Positions 21,349 to 33,713 of a stretch of DNA of 36,559 bases are shown here, one piece after another. How positions within the stretch are numbered: position 1 is the first letter of the stretch; each line of letters begins with the position of its first letter. Both the position numbers and the translations under genes were made by a program. The notes below the pieces were generated by a model. That model was not told the origin of the DNA. It searched no databases and worked only from the letters and a program-made list of their open reading frames with translations. The stretch comes from Octopus bimaculoides (Eukaryota). The stretch lies in NCBI RefSeq assembly GCF_001194135.2, contig NC_069002.1, positions 31,083,333 through 31,119,891 on the forward strand, read 5' to 3'.

Positions 21349-22201
21349 CACCAGACAAAAGAAACAAAAAAAGGGACTATCCCCAAATTCTGGCTGGCAT
21401 TTTTTACCCAGCAACATGTCTCCTGCAAGACCACTATCCGAACTATGGAAGATAATTTCATGCATTGCACAGCACTTTAGTTAATCTTGTTTCCTAAACT
21501 ACAGTTAATCCTTCTGATCCCCTGCCAAAATTTTCAAAATCCTCTTTTCCTCCACTTCATATCAATGAGGGTTTTTTGAGCAGTACCCTCCTGAAGAAAA
21601 TCTTTTGTTCCCCCTACTTTCCTGCCAAGTCCACATTGCACACACTTGGCAAACCTCCTGCAGTTCTATCCCCTTCTGACCTTCTAAGTACACACACCAA
21701 GTACTTCTGTTTACTTCAAATCAGCCAGACCCCCAGCTTCAGTAATATTGCTTGCAAACCTAAAGCTAAACTTTCCTACATCACTGACCAATGGGCTGAG
21801 AGAAATTTGTTGAAAGTAGTTGTCACTCTTGACATTAATAAAATGTTTTGACCATGTTTCGTATAGAAATTTCTTATCAAAACTACCCACCAACAGGCTG
21901 CACCCATTCCTTCTTAAATTCATAGCTTCCTTCAGATCACACAACATAAAACCAAAAACGAAATCAAATGGCTAAAGTTATCTCCCTTCGTATCTGTTCT
22001 TCCATAGATTCAATTCAGATAAAAATCTCCAAGTCGTTCCTCAATCCACTTTTTTTTTTTTCTTACTCTGGTTTTTGCTGTCTTCTCTGCACAACAGATA
22101 CAAATTTAACAAATTTAAATCTCCCATGTGTCAAGCTTTAGAAATTAAATTTCAGCTCCTGGTTATTGCTACATGTGTATTGTTCCTTAACTTAGCATCA
22201 G

Positions 22202-22328
22202 ATATGAAGTCACATCAACCAAATTCTCACGAGACATTTACAAAGAGCTTCTGGTATCATTATTTGCCTCTGTTTTCATGGGTTTTGGTGTTTTGTTCCT
22301 GTTACTCTGGGTCGGAATATATGTATGA
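22202..22328 (+). CDS. TMEM258: TMEM258 coding exon 3: (V)[41 protein letters not shown]
   Basis: Clear TMEM258 C-terminus ([25 protein letters not shown]); TGA at 22326-22328; the exon continues to a donor CAG|GTAAGA at 22339/22340. Total protein 80 aa. Confidence 0.95.
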
Positions 22329-23696
22329 CATTTTGACAGGTAAGAATCAATGTTTTTTACCTGCTTTCTTTCATTCACTTCACCCTTTTGATACCAACCT
22401 GTGCTTGGTTCTACAATGCAAATTCACCATTGTAAAGTAATCTAAATTAAAACGTTTCATTGAAACTTCTTGGTAATATATTTTCAAAATCAATTGAAAC
22501 AAAGACATTATCTTTCAATGGACATACAGTAACAAAAGAGTTACGAGTTTATATTAAATTTATTTTACTATAATAAATAATTTATTTCCCAGTTTAGGCT
22601 GAATGACTCTTATTTTCAGTTTTTGTCTTATTCAATAATATAAATAAACACACAATACATTAAAAAAAATCAGATTTACTTCTGTTTTTCATGCTGGTAT
22701 GGATTGGAAGGGTTGTCATATTTCTAATCATTTCTTATTGAGAGCTTTCATAGACTAACACTTGAAGCTTGGTTTCTACAACTACATGCCCTTCCCATCA
22801 CCAGTCACTTTACAGTGTGTACTGGGTGCATATGTATACCATGGACTCACCTGTTGTCTACAACAAGTGAAGGTTCTGCAGTTTCTTGCTGAACAACCTG
22901 CACAGGTGACTTGTTTATAGTGATCAAACGTATGTGCTGTACACCAGTTCACTCCCTCTATCAAATTGACATTGCTTGAACAGGTGCATGGTATGCCACA
23001 TATCAGGTGTCGAAGTGATCGAAGAGCAACCTGAGATGGTGAAGTATCTTGCTCAGGCACACAAAGCACCACTTGATCCAGATATTGAAACCACAACCTT
23101 GCAATTGTGAATGCAACATGCTTGACAACTAGGCTATGCACCCTCACTTATGTACATACTTACATAAACTGCACTTTACATTTTGTTTACTTGTTATTCT
23201 GCATATTGAATCCTTCAAATATTTTCTCACACAAAGATATGTATGTATACATACTCTTCAATAACTATAAATACACACACAGAGTCTGGTGCAGTTTGCC
23301 AGCCCTGGTCAAACCATCCAACCCATGCCAGCATGGACAATGGACACTAAATGATGATGAATGATACTGGTGCCACGTTATAAGTACCTGTTATACTCTG
23401 TGAAGTGGTTAGTATTAGGAAGATAATCCAGCTGTAAAAACCTTGCCGAAACAGACTATGGAACTTGATGTGGCCCCTGGCCTTGCCAGTTCTTGTCAAG
23501 CCATCCAACCCATGCCAGCATGGAAAAACAGACATTAAATGTTACTGATGATGATTATTATTATTATATAGATATATACAGTAAATGTATATGTGTACAC
23601 TTCAAATGTTTCCACATACCACAATGTATGTATGCATACATTTAAAAAAATTTATTTACTTATTTTTATAAATAATGATTTGTTTTATATTTTCAG

Positions 23697-23785
23697 AGAT
23701 CATTCTGATGGATGGCTGATAGACTGGAGTGAAAAACATTCAACAAAATTCATTCAATAAAATCTATACTGTTTCTACATACTCT
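23697..23785 (+). other. TMEM258: Probable TMEM258 3'UTR terminal exon with polyA signal AATAAA (23756-23761)
   Basis: Acceptor TTTGTTTTATATTTTCAG at 23696; AATAAA followed by a T/GT-rich downstream region; the exon 3 donor needs a downstream acceptor. Confidence 0.65.
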
Positions 23786-24239
23786 TCTTGACTGTGTCAT
23801 TACTTTACAGTGTGTATATATATGGATGTATGTGTGTGTGTATTTTTAATGATGGTATTAATTAACATCCATCAATGACCATCTAATTAAGCCCCATGTT
23901 AATCACCAGGTGAATTACTTTGCAATGGTGATGTCATGCTGGTTATATAATGGTAACTTATTTTTGTATTATTAATGTCAAATAAGGTGAAGCTTGCAGA
24001 GTTGTCTGTGACATGGAGATGAGACGAGCCTCTGTCACATTATACTGCTCCACATGTTGGTACAATACTGTAACACTGCTTCACATGTCAAGCAAAACTT
24101 CATGAGAACATGTTCCATGGCCAGATGCCCTTCATGATGCCAACTTGATTTTAATGGTTTTCGCACATTGAATCAGCAAGCGGAGTATTTTGTTTACGGG
24201 GTATATAAATGACACCCATGTCCAAGTAGTGTTAATGTT

Positions 24240-24271
<32 letters not shown>

Positions 24272-24444
24272 AAGAATAATAAGTGGAGCAAAACGCATAT
24301 AAACAAAAGTTCCTTTAATTCCTACATATGTTTCAAAATATATGTGCACTCTACTCCAAAGAAGTAAGAGGTGCTGGAATTGCACATATAAACCGAGATA
24401 ATATTAATATATACATAAATATATGTATATATATATATATATAT

Positions 24445-25289
24445 ACGACGTAAGCTCGCAAGGAATGAAGCCAGTATGCTCCGTTGGATGTGTAATGTCA
24501 ATGTGAATACCCGTCAGAGTGTAAGTATCTTGAGAGAAAAGCTGAACATTAGAAGCATCAGTTGTGGCGTGCAAGAGAGACGATTGCGCTGGTATGGACA
24601 TGTGGTGAGAATGGAGGAGGATAGCTGCGTGAAAAAGTGCCACACCCTAACAGTTGAGGGAACCCGTGGAAGAGGTAGGCCCAGGAAGACCTGGGCTGAG
24701 GTGGTGAGGCAAGACCTTCGTACATTGGGCCTCACCGAGGCGATGACTACTGACCGAGACCTTTGGAAATGTGCTGTGCGTGAGAAGACCCGGCAAGCCA
24801 AGTAAGATCGTTGCCAGTGCCCCTGGACTGGNNNNNNNNNNNNNNNNNNNNNNNNNNNNNNNNNNNNNNNNNNNNNNNNNNNNNNNNNNNNNNNNNNNNN
24901 NNNNNNNNNNNNNNNNNNNNNNNNNNNNNNNNNNNNNNNNNNNNNNNNNNNNNNNNNNNNNNNNNNNNNNNNNNNNNNNNNNNNNNNNNNNNNNNNNNNN
25001 NNNNNNNNNNNNNNNNNNNNNNNNNNNNNNNNNNNNNNNNNNNNNNNNNNNNNNNNNNNNNNGTGCGGGTGGCACATAAAAGACACCATTTCGAGCGTGG
25101 CCGTTTTCGTGCGGGTGACACGTAAAAGCACCCACTACACTCTCTGAGTGGTTGGCGTTAGGAAGGGCATCCAGCTGTAGAAACTCTGCCAAATCGGACT
25201 GGAGCCTGGTGTTGCCATCCGGTTTCACCAGTCCTCAGTCAAATCGTCCAACCCATGCTAGCATGGAAAGCGGACGTTAAACGATGATG
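24445..25289 (+). mobile_element. 5'-truncated RTE-clade LINE: ORF2 C-terminus (to stop at 24805) plus 3'UTR and (GAT)n tail
   Basis: Peptide ...RRLRWYGHVVRMEEDSCVKK...RGRGRPRKTW... is typical of the RTE ORF2 C-terminus; the frame is intact; inserted after (TA)n. Confidence 0.85.
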
Positions 25290-25720
25290 GCACTAGAATA
25301 AGAATAGCCTGGACAAAGTTCAGAAAGCTCCTACCACTGCTGGTGACAAAGGGCCTCTCGCTCAGAGTGGAATGTAGACTGTATGATGCATATGTGCAAA
25401 CTGCCATGCTACATGGCAGTGAAACGTAGGCCATGACTGTTGAGGACATATGTAGACTTGAAAGAAATGATGCTAGTATGATGAGCTGTATGTGTAAGTG
25501 CCCTGAGAGAAATGTTGGACATAAGAAGCATCAGATATAGGGTGCAAGAGAGATGACTGCGCTGGTATGGTCATGTGCTGTGTGAAGAAGTGTCACACCC
25601 TAACAGTGGAAGAGGGAGACCCAGGTAGACCTGAACGTTGGGCCTCACAGAGGCAATGACAAGACCAAGACCTCTGGAGATATTCTGTGTTTGAGAAGAC
25701 CCGGCAAGTAAAGTGAGGTC
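25290..25720 (+). mobile_element. Older degenerate RTE ORF2 fragment
   Basis: Translates to TRIRIAWTKFRKLLPLL...RLYDAYVQTAMLHGSET* with stops and frameshifts; 3' part paralogous to 24530-24805. Confidence 0.75.
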
Positions 25721-26359
25721 ACAGCTGTAGCCTATAACCCGCCCATTTAAAAAGTACCTTTGAATCATCGGGTGACATGCCATGCTTGAGGAGACCTATT
25801 GAGTCAAGTAAATCAAAATCAAAATGGAAATTGTAGTTGTGGCCGATGCCAGTGCTGCCTGACTGGCTCCCATGCTGGTGGCACACAATAGGCACCATTT
25901 ATGCATGGGTCATTGCCAGTGTTACTTGACTGGCTCTCCATGCTGGTGGCACCTAAAAAGCACCATCTGAAAGTGGTCAATGCCAGATGGAGAGGAGAGG
26001 CAGGTATGCAAGGACAGCTGATGGTCTTCCATAAACAACCTTGCCCGGACCTGTGCCTCAGAGGGGAACTTTCTAGATACAATCCCATGGTCATTCATGA
26101 CCGAAGGGCTCTTTACCCTTTTACTTTTTTTTATTTTCATCAGCAAATTTCAATCATGAGACATTGGTCAAGTTGAGGCTTTAGTAAATAATGCTTGCTG
26201 AAAGGGCCATGCTGTGGGTTCAAACTCAAAACATCCTTTGTCTGAGAAACGAATTACATAATTATAATCAATATTAATTGTATATATGTTTGCTTGCTTG
26301 ATGGGGCTGGAGTCACTGCAGGTTCCAAGAGGTACCATCATGTGTTGAGCTGACCAGGT

Positions 26360-26610
26360 CTACCAATGCTCCCCATTGTTGGTGGTGCCATACCAATCCT
26401 TCTGCATCTCTTCCATGATAATGTCAAGCCTCTGGAAATTTTCCTTAATCAGGTCCAGCAATCTGATGCAGGGACTACCATGAGGCCTCTTCCAGCCCAC
26501 AATCACTATACTGAACAAGAGTAAGGACATGGTAGGATGATCTGGCTGAAGGCAGAGGACATGTCTGTATCTGCAGTGGATGGCTATGAGGCAGGAGGCT
26601 GCAGGCTGGT
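26360..26610 (-). mobile_element. Decayed non-LTR retrotransposon ORF2 C-terminal fragment
   Basis: ...RHVLCLQPDHP...GWKRPHGSPCIRLLDLIKENFQRLDI resembles the RTE-like 'GHV.R...KRP.GRP..RW.D.I' segment. Confidence 0.5.
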
Positions 26611-28359
26611 GTGTGTGTGTGTGTGTGTGCGTAGTTCTTTGTTGGAAACATAATGGTACCATCTAATGTTCTCAGGGCATCTGAGAACCATCAATTATGA
26701 AAGCCATCGACCCTCCTTGCCAGGGTCTTCCTGAGGGGCTATGTAGCTATGTTTCTGCTCCATAGAGAACAGAGGTGATCGACGCTTGGTACCATTTGAT
26801 TCAAAAGACAAATGGAGGAATATTCAAACAGAATTCAATATACGATGTGCAATATAAAGAATTAGTAATTCACCAGCTGAGTATATACGATAGCAATAAT
26901 ATATACATTAGTTTCAAATTTTGGGGAGTGGGGTAAGTCCATTACATCAACCGCAGTACGCAACTGGTACTTATTTTATCAACCCTGAAAGTATGAAAAA
27001 TAAAGTTTGACCTTTGCAGAATTTGAACCAAGAATATAAAGACGAACAAAATTCCACTAAACAATTTGCTTAGCGTGTCAACACTCCTGCCAGCTCACTG
27101 CGTTATCAATTATGCATATATCGCTATGGTTCCATACAATTATTTCAATATTGCACAATACACATGCCAGTGTGTTTGTATCAATAATGTATCAGTGACT
27201 CTCACATCTGTAGAAGAAAACAAATTTGCAGGTCACCACCAAGAAATAATCTTCAATAGAAATGCAAATAACAAAACTAATTGCACAGCTTTTGAAGTTA
27301 TCCCATCTATTAAGAGCCCAATGAATTCAAGCTTCGTTCTGTTTTCCTTTAACTTGGTAACATATTTTCTATTAAAACATTGAAGATTCTCGTTACAAAT
27401 TTTGGTCCTTAATTTCAGCTTAACCATTTAGCATTTAAACTGACCATAACAGCCCTAACTACTCTACCTGTTTTATGTTCGAACATGCCAGATCCAGCCT
27501 TTTACACCTACCCTACAATGTCATTTTAAAATTAAACAATCACATCACCGAAATCTCAAAGCTATGAGATAATGCAGGATTAATTTAAAACAATGTCAAT
27601 GAATAAGGATTATATCTGACAGTAATCTGAATGCCAAAAGGATAAACCAGCCATATTCAACCCAGATATATTCTACTTGTTTCATGCTCAAACCAGCCAG
27701 TCTCACCCTCTCATATCTACCCCACAATCTCATCATCATCATCATCGTTTAACGATTTGACTGAGGACTGGTGAACCAGATGACTACACCAGGCTCCAAT
27801 ATGATTTGGCATAGTTTCTACAGCTGGATGCCCTTCCTAACACCAACCACTCCGAGAGTGTAGTAGCTGCTTTTATGTGCCACCGGCACCAACAATCACA
27901 TCATTAGAATCTCAAAGCTATGAGATAATCCTTTCTACTACAGGCACAAGGCCTGAAATTTTGGGGAAGGTGGCCAATTGATTAGATCAACCCCAGTACG
28001 TAACTGGTACATATTTTATCAACCCCGAAAGGATAAAAGGCAAAGTTGACCTCGGCAGAATTTGAGCTCAGAATGTAAAAGACAGATGAAATACCACTAA
28101 GCATTTTGACCAGAAAGCTATGAGATAATGCAGGATTAATTCACAACAATGTCAATGGATATATATGTATATATACCCATATATATACGACGGGCTTCTT
28201 TCAGTTTCCATCTACCAAATCCACTCACAAGGCTTTAGTCGGCCCAAAGCTATAGTAGGAGACACTTACCCAAGGTGCCACGCAGTGGGACTGAACCCAG
28301 AACCATGTGGTTGGCAAGCAGGCTACTTACCACACAGCCACTAACTATCTATATCTATC

Positions 28360-28402
<43 letters not shown>

Positions 28403-28532
28403 GTATATATATATATGTATATATATATATGTATNNNNNNNNNNNNNNNNNNNNNNNNNNNNNNNNNNNNNNNNNNNNNNNNNNNNNNNNNNNNNNNNNN
28501 NNNNNNNNNNNNNNNNNTATATATATATATAT

Positions 28533-28673
28533 GGCGTTAGGAAGGGCATCCAGCTGTAGAAACTCTGCCAAATCAGACTGGAGCCTGGTGTTGCCATCCG
28601 GTTTCACCAGTCCTCAGTCAAATCGTCCAACCCATGCTAGCATGGAAAGCGGACGTTGAACGATGATGATGAT
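28533..28673 (+). mobile_element. RTE 3' tail between (TA)n tracts
   Basis: Near-identical to 25153-25289. Confidence 0.85.
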
Positions 28674-28690
28674 ATATATATATATATATA

Positions 28691-29092
28691 AATTAATTTC
28701 AACTAGGTGCAATGTAATACCATAAAGGAAAAATTTAATCATTTACTAAGAGCAACTAAGAACGCCAAAGCACCTACATTGCTAGAAATAAGAGTTAAAA
28801 GACTTTTAATGCTGTAAGAGCACAACACATATGTATACACAAACTGACAGGGGATCTAACCATCCCATGACTGTCTGGAATCACCAGACTAACCTTAGTT
28901 TTGCCTCTTCTGTATGCATCGTCAGTATTGACTGCCCAAACGGTTGATGGATTGGTCAGCACCATCGGCCAGGGTATATACATTTACCATAAAAATCTTA
29001 TGGTTGATTTAGTAAAATGCTAATGTGTATACTAAAAATTAATATCAACAGCTAAATGCAACGTAATACCATAAAGGAAAAATCTAACCATT
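28691..29092 (-). mobile_element. Retrozyme-like element, ~1.15 monomers (period ~349 nt), with a decayed hammerhead at 28881-28931
   Basis: ~55-nt direct repeat at 28691-28743 and 29037-29092 (shared GTAATACCATAAAGGAAAAAT at 28714 and 29063). Minus-strand HHR remnant TCAATA-CTGACGA-TGC..GC-AAAA-CTAAGGTTAGT-C-TGGTGA. Homologous to 2735-3066. Confidence 0.65.
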
Positions 29093-29673
29093 ATATATCC
29101 ACACATGCATACATACATTTATGCGTGTGTTTATGTATGTATGTATGAATCATTTCTCCCACTTGACAATCAGTGTTGGTTTATTTATGCTTTATGTCCC
29201 TATAAGTCAGCTGACTGGCAAAAGCAACCAATAAATTTAAGTCCTGTGTTGATTTGTTCAACTAAATTCTTCAAGGTGATTCTCTCATGTGAGACAAGTA
29301 AAATATAAAAGAACTCATGTGTTAAACTCATGTGGCATCATCATCATCATCATTGTTCAATAACACTTCTCCATGCTGATCCCATGGTCATTCATCACCA
29401 AAGGGGGTCTTTACCCTTCATGATGGCATAGGTTGAACGGCTTGACAGGAGCGGTCAAGTCAAAAGACAGCGCCAAGCTCTACTGTCAGCTTTAGCATGG
29501 TCTTCATGGCCAGATGCTCTTCCTAAGGTCAACCACTTTACAGAATGGACTGGATGCTTTTTATCATCATCATCATCGTTTAACGTCTGCTTTCCATGCT
29601 AGCATGGGTTGGACGATTTGACTGAGGACTGGTGAACCAGATGGCTACACCAGGCTCCAATCATATATATATA

Positions 29674-29945
29674 TAGGGTGTCCCAAAAAGATGTACTCTT
29701 TGTGTTCAAGTACATGTTTATTGATATACATACAATCCTAAAAAGTTAAATTAAATTCAGGAAAATAAATTGTTGTAGAAACGATTATTTATTGTCGTTT
29801 AGAATTATTTAATATTCTCTCTCATTCCTGCGTGTTCGCAAATGTTCAAACTGCCTCTCTTCATCTTCCAAACAAAGCCAATAACGTCCAAAAGTGGATT
29901 CGACAACATTGCCAAACATTGCATTTGGAATTGCATCGTGACTAT
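29674..29945 (-). mobile_element. Tc1/mariner-superfamily transposon remnant (3' end plus TIR)
   Basis: TA-flanked TIR-like GGGTGTCCCAAAAAG at 29676-29690; minus-strand peptide DAIPNAMFGNVVESTFGRYWLCLEDEERQFEHLR resembles the C-terminal 'IP..ML..V...F..RL..CI...G..FEH' segment of mariner/maT-type transposases. Confidence 0.55.
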
Positions 29946-31231
29946 AGTAGAAAGCAGTGAAACTGAACTTAGAACCATATGGTTCGGAAGTATACTTCTT
30001 ACCACACAACCATGCCTTCACCTGCATATATATTTAAACATATGTGGATGTATATGTATATATGTTTATATGTATGCCTTTGTTTTGAGTGTGTGTGTTT
30101 GTGCATGTGCCAGTATTACGTGTGTGTTAAATGTCCATATAAAGCTGTGTCAGGTTTAAAATCAAAATCAAATATATCATATTTACTCTGTAAATAATCA
30201 AATATTGATCACTTCAGTCAGTAATGAGGTGAGATAATGGTTAAGTCTTCTCAAGGAATATCTTCAGATAGAAGGACATAGATAGCGGGTTCAATCCATT
30301 GAAAGTTAATCCTGTTAGCTATACCCTGGAGTCTAATACAATAATAGTCTAATCCAGTCCCATCAATCGTATATAGATGGGATTAATGACAGGACCATTA
30401 TGGAATCTTGAGTGAAATTCCCTAATTAGAACAATGGCAGACGTGATAATATGCTGAGCATTAGAAGTGAACAAAACTACCCCAAGCATACCTATACACC
30501 AAACACTACTAAAAAATACAATAAGATGAGCCCCAGATATGGGGTGGCCACCATGGAAGAAGGAAATTCTCTAATGTTAACCACACAACACAACCCTTTC
30601 TACTATAGGCACAAGATGTGAAATTTGGGGGAGGGGGATAGTCGATTACATCGACCCCAGTATTCAACTGGTACTTAATTTATCTATCCCGAAAGGATGA
30701 AAGGCAAAGCCGGCCTCGGTGGAATTTGAACTCAGAACATAACAGCAGTACTTCAGCCCATGTCTTCTTGGGTCTCCCTCTTCCATTAGTTCCATCCACT
30801 TTGGGTGATCAACACTTCTTTATGCAGCTGTCTACGTCTATCTGCATCACAACACCAAACCAGCACAGTCTTCTCTCTGCCCAACTTTTCTCTCAACACA
30901 CTAAAGCTCTATCGCACATGCACACTTACATTACACATCTAGCAGAGTATGCGCACCAAACAATTATCGACTCATTCCTCTTATATTACATGAAATATTC
31001 CATTAATTATAATAAACTTAATTGCATTCTACATTCATTAATTTCATGTCTCATTAACAATGTCATTATATATGAAGCTTTCAATTACTGATACAGTTGC
31101 GAGAATATAAGAAAAGAAATGGCACTGTGACACACACCAAGCAATTTTTAATTTATTTCTCTTATATTACGTGAATTTTTCCATTTGCTGTAATATTATC
31201 GTCATCATCGTCATTGTCGTCATCGTCATCA

Positions 31232-31635
31232 TACTCTCTTTACTCTTTTACTCTTTTACTTGTTTCAGTCATTTGACTGTGGCCCTGCTGGAGCACCACC
31301 TTTAGTCGAGCAAATCGACCCCAGGACTTATTCTTTGTAAGCCTAGTACTTACTTATTCTATCGGTCACTTTTGCCGAACCGCTAAGTTACGGGGATGCA
31401 AACACACCAGCATCGGGTGTCAAGCGATGTTGGGGATACAAACACACATATATATATATATATACATATATACAACGGGCTTCTTTCAGTTTCCGTCTGC
31501 CAAATCCACTCACAAGGATTTGGTCGGCCCGAGGCTATAGTAGAAGACACTTGTCCAAGGTGCCACGCAGTGGGACTGAACCCGGAACCATGAGGTTCGT
31601 AAGCAAGGTACTTAGCACACAGCCACTCCTGCGCC
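31232..31635 (-). mobile_element. Full-length CORE-like SINE
   Basis: Reverse complement of the 2330-2728 family, from head GGCGCAGGAGTGGCTGTG to tail GTAAAAGAGTAAAAGAG. Confidence 0.85.
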
Positions 31636-32035
31636 TGTGCATCATCATCATTTAGCATCCATTTTCCATGCTGCCATGAGTTGGACGGTTTGGACTGGAA
31701 CTGGTAAGCCGGAGAGCTGCAGTAGGCTCCAGACTGATTTTTGGCTGGGTTTCTACAGCTGGATGCCCTTCCTGCTGCCAACCACTCCTTTATAAATATC
31801 AAAAAAATAAAAGATTATAATAATTCCAATATATAACCACGAGATTCTTCATTCTGGTTCACCCTTCACCTCCTCAAAACCATATTTCAGATGAACCACA
31901 TTGCCAATATGTTTACTCATTTATTTACTAACAAATATCTTTAATTTTTCATTTCTTACTCATTTCAGTCATTAGACTGTGGCCATGCTGGGGCACTGAC
32001 TTGAATTTATAACTGAATAAATTGACCCCCACCAC

Positions 32036-32680
32036 TTATTTTATATTTTTTATATTTCATATTTCTTATATTTTTATATTTTTTATATTTTATATTTTTT
32101 ATATTTTTATATTTTTTATATATTTATATTTTTTATATTTTTATATTTTTATATTTTTATATTTTTTATATTTTTTTATATTTTTATGTTTTTATATTTT
32201 TAGATTTCTTATATTTTGATATTTTCTATATTTTATATTTTTTATATTTTTATATTTATATATTTTTATATTTTATATCTATCATATTTTTATATTTTTT
32301 ATATATTTATATTTTTATATATTTATATTTTTTATATATTTATATTTTTTATATGTTTATATTTTTTATATTTTTTTATATTTTTATATTTCTTATATTT
32401 TGATATTTTCTATATTTTATATTTTTTATATTTTTAATATTTTTATATTTATATATTTTTATATTTTATATCTATCATATTTTATATATTTTTTATATTT
32501 TAATATTTTTTATATTATTATATTTTTTATATTTTTATATTTTTTATATTTTTATATTTTTTATATTTGTATATTTTGTATATATTTTTATATTTTTCAT
32601 ATTTTATAATTTTTAGATTTTTATAATTTTTATCTTTTTATATTTTTATATTTTATATTTTTCATATTTTCATATTTTTT
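32036..32680. repeat. ~650-bp degenerate (TTTTATA)n low-complexity tract
   Basis: Almost purely A/T with a ~7-9-nt period; internal longer duplication (e.g. TTTGATATTTTCTATATTTTATA at ~32215 and ~32399). Confidence 0.95.
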
Positions 32681-32682
32681 AT

Positions 32683-32813
32683 GACACCTGAAGAAAGCCG
32701 GAGGGTATATCAACCGAAACGTGTTAACAACAAACAAGATGAGGACAGATATCCATCAAATGTAAATAATGTAAATAATGTAGATAATTCCTCATCTCTT
32801 AAATATAGAACTG
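32683..32813 (+). mobile_element. 3' tail fragment of the HHR-bearing SINE family (decayed HHR)
   Basis: GACACCTGAAGAAAGCCGGAGGGTATATCAACCGAAACGTGTT...AAATATAGAACTG, homologous to 10086-10207, with stem II mismatches and a 3-nt deletion at the cleavage site. Confidence 0.8.
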
Positions 32814-32937
32814 CAATGGCATTTTGTATGGAACTTAAAAATCCTGATTTAATCAACTAAAGAGTTGGAAAAGCACCAATTCCGAAAGTGGTCCCTAATA
32901 GGAGTAGTTGTCTCCCTTGTTTCCGTTTTAGCAACAC

Positions 32938-33445
32938 CTGTGTGTGTGTGTGTGTGTGTGTGTATGCGAGTGTGTATTTGCGTGTGTGTGTGTGTGCACA
33001 TATGTGTGTATGTGCATGTGTGTATGTGTGTGAGTGTGCCTGTGTATGTATGTGGGAGGAGGCATTTGTGTGTGTATATGTGCATGTGTGTGTTCACATA
33101 TGTATGTGCATGTGTGTATGTGTGAGTGTGCTTATGTATGTGTGTGGGGGAGGCATGTGTGTGCACATATGTGTGTATGTGCGTGTGTGCATATGCATGT
33201 ATGTGCATATGTGCGCTTATGCATATGTGCATGTGTGTGTATGTGCAAATAAGTGTGTGTTGGCATATGTGATGTACATATATGCATGCGTGTGTGTGTC
33301 TGTCTGTCTGGGCATATGTGTGTATGTACGCACGTGCATGTGTGTACTTGTGTATACGTGCATGCATATTTGTGTATATGTGTGCGTGTGTGGGGGGCAT
33401 ATGTGTGTATGCATGCACACGTGTGTGAATGTGCACATGTTTGAA

Positions 33446-33476
<31 letters not shown>

Positions 33477-33510
33477 ATGTGTGTATGTGTGTGTGTGTGC
33501 ATATGTTTGT
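32938..33510. repeat. Long degenerate (GT/AT)n microsatellite; further CA/GT/GAT arrays to ~34200 and at 35429-35500
   Basis: Visible in the sequence; source of the many C/V- and H/T-rich spurious ORFs. Confidence 0.95.
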
Positions 33511-33675
33511 ACGTGTGAGCATTTACATACCCGTCTCACCCTTGCCCCCATCAAGTAAACATTGAAATGTGCCTTTTACATAATTGAACTTTGTCCTTCT
33601 GTTCACAAATTCTTTTCCCAACAACACAAACAGATGTTTCAATTAAAAAAGGAACACAACAACAAACAACGACTG

Positions 33676-33713
<38 letters not shown>

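Larger units (their letters stand above)
16222..22201 (+). other. TMEM258: U12-type (minor spliceosome) GT-AG intron of TMEM258, 5980 nt, phase 2
   Basis: 5' splice site GTATCCTTTT (16222-16231); branch site TTCCTTAAC (22183-22191) 10 nt before the AG (22200-22201); no long polypyrimidine tract; splicing restores ...WFFV-YEVTSTK. Confidence 0.93.

Noticed and set aside
24832-25062. 230-nt gap inside the RTE 3'UTR suggesting an insertion
   Set aside because: In the paralogous copy (~3420-3436) the two flanks are separated by only CTT, so the gap size is probably an assembly overestimate.
25220-25240. CTGAGGA...GAAAC in RTE 3'UTR copies (minus strand)
   Set aside because: Only 5 nt lie between the core halves and there are no stems I or III; not a hammerhead.
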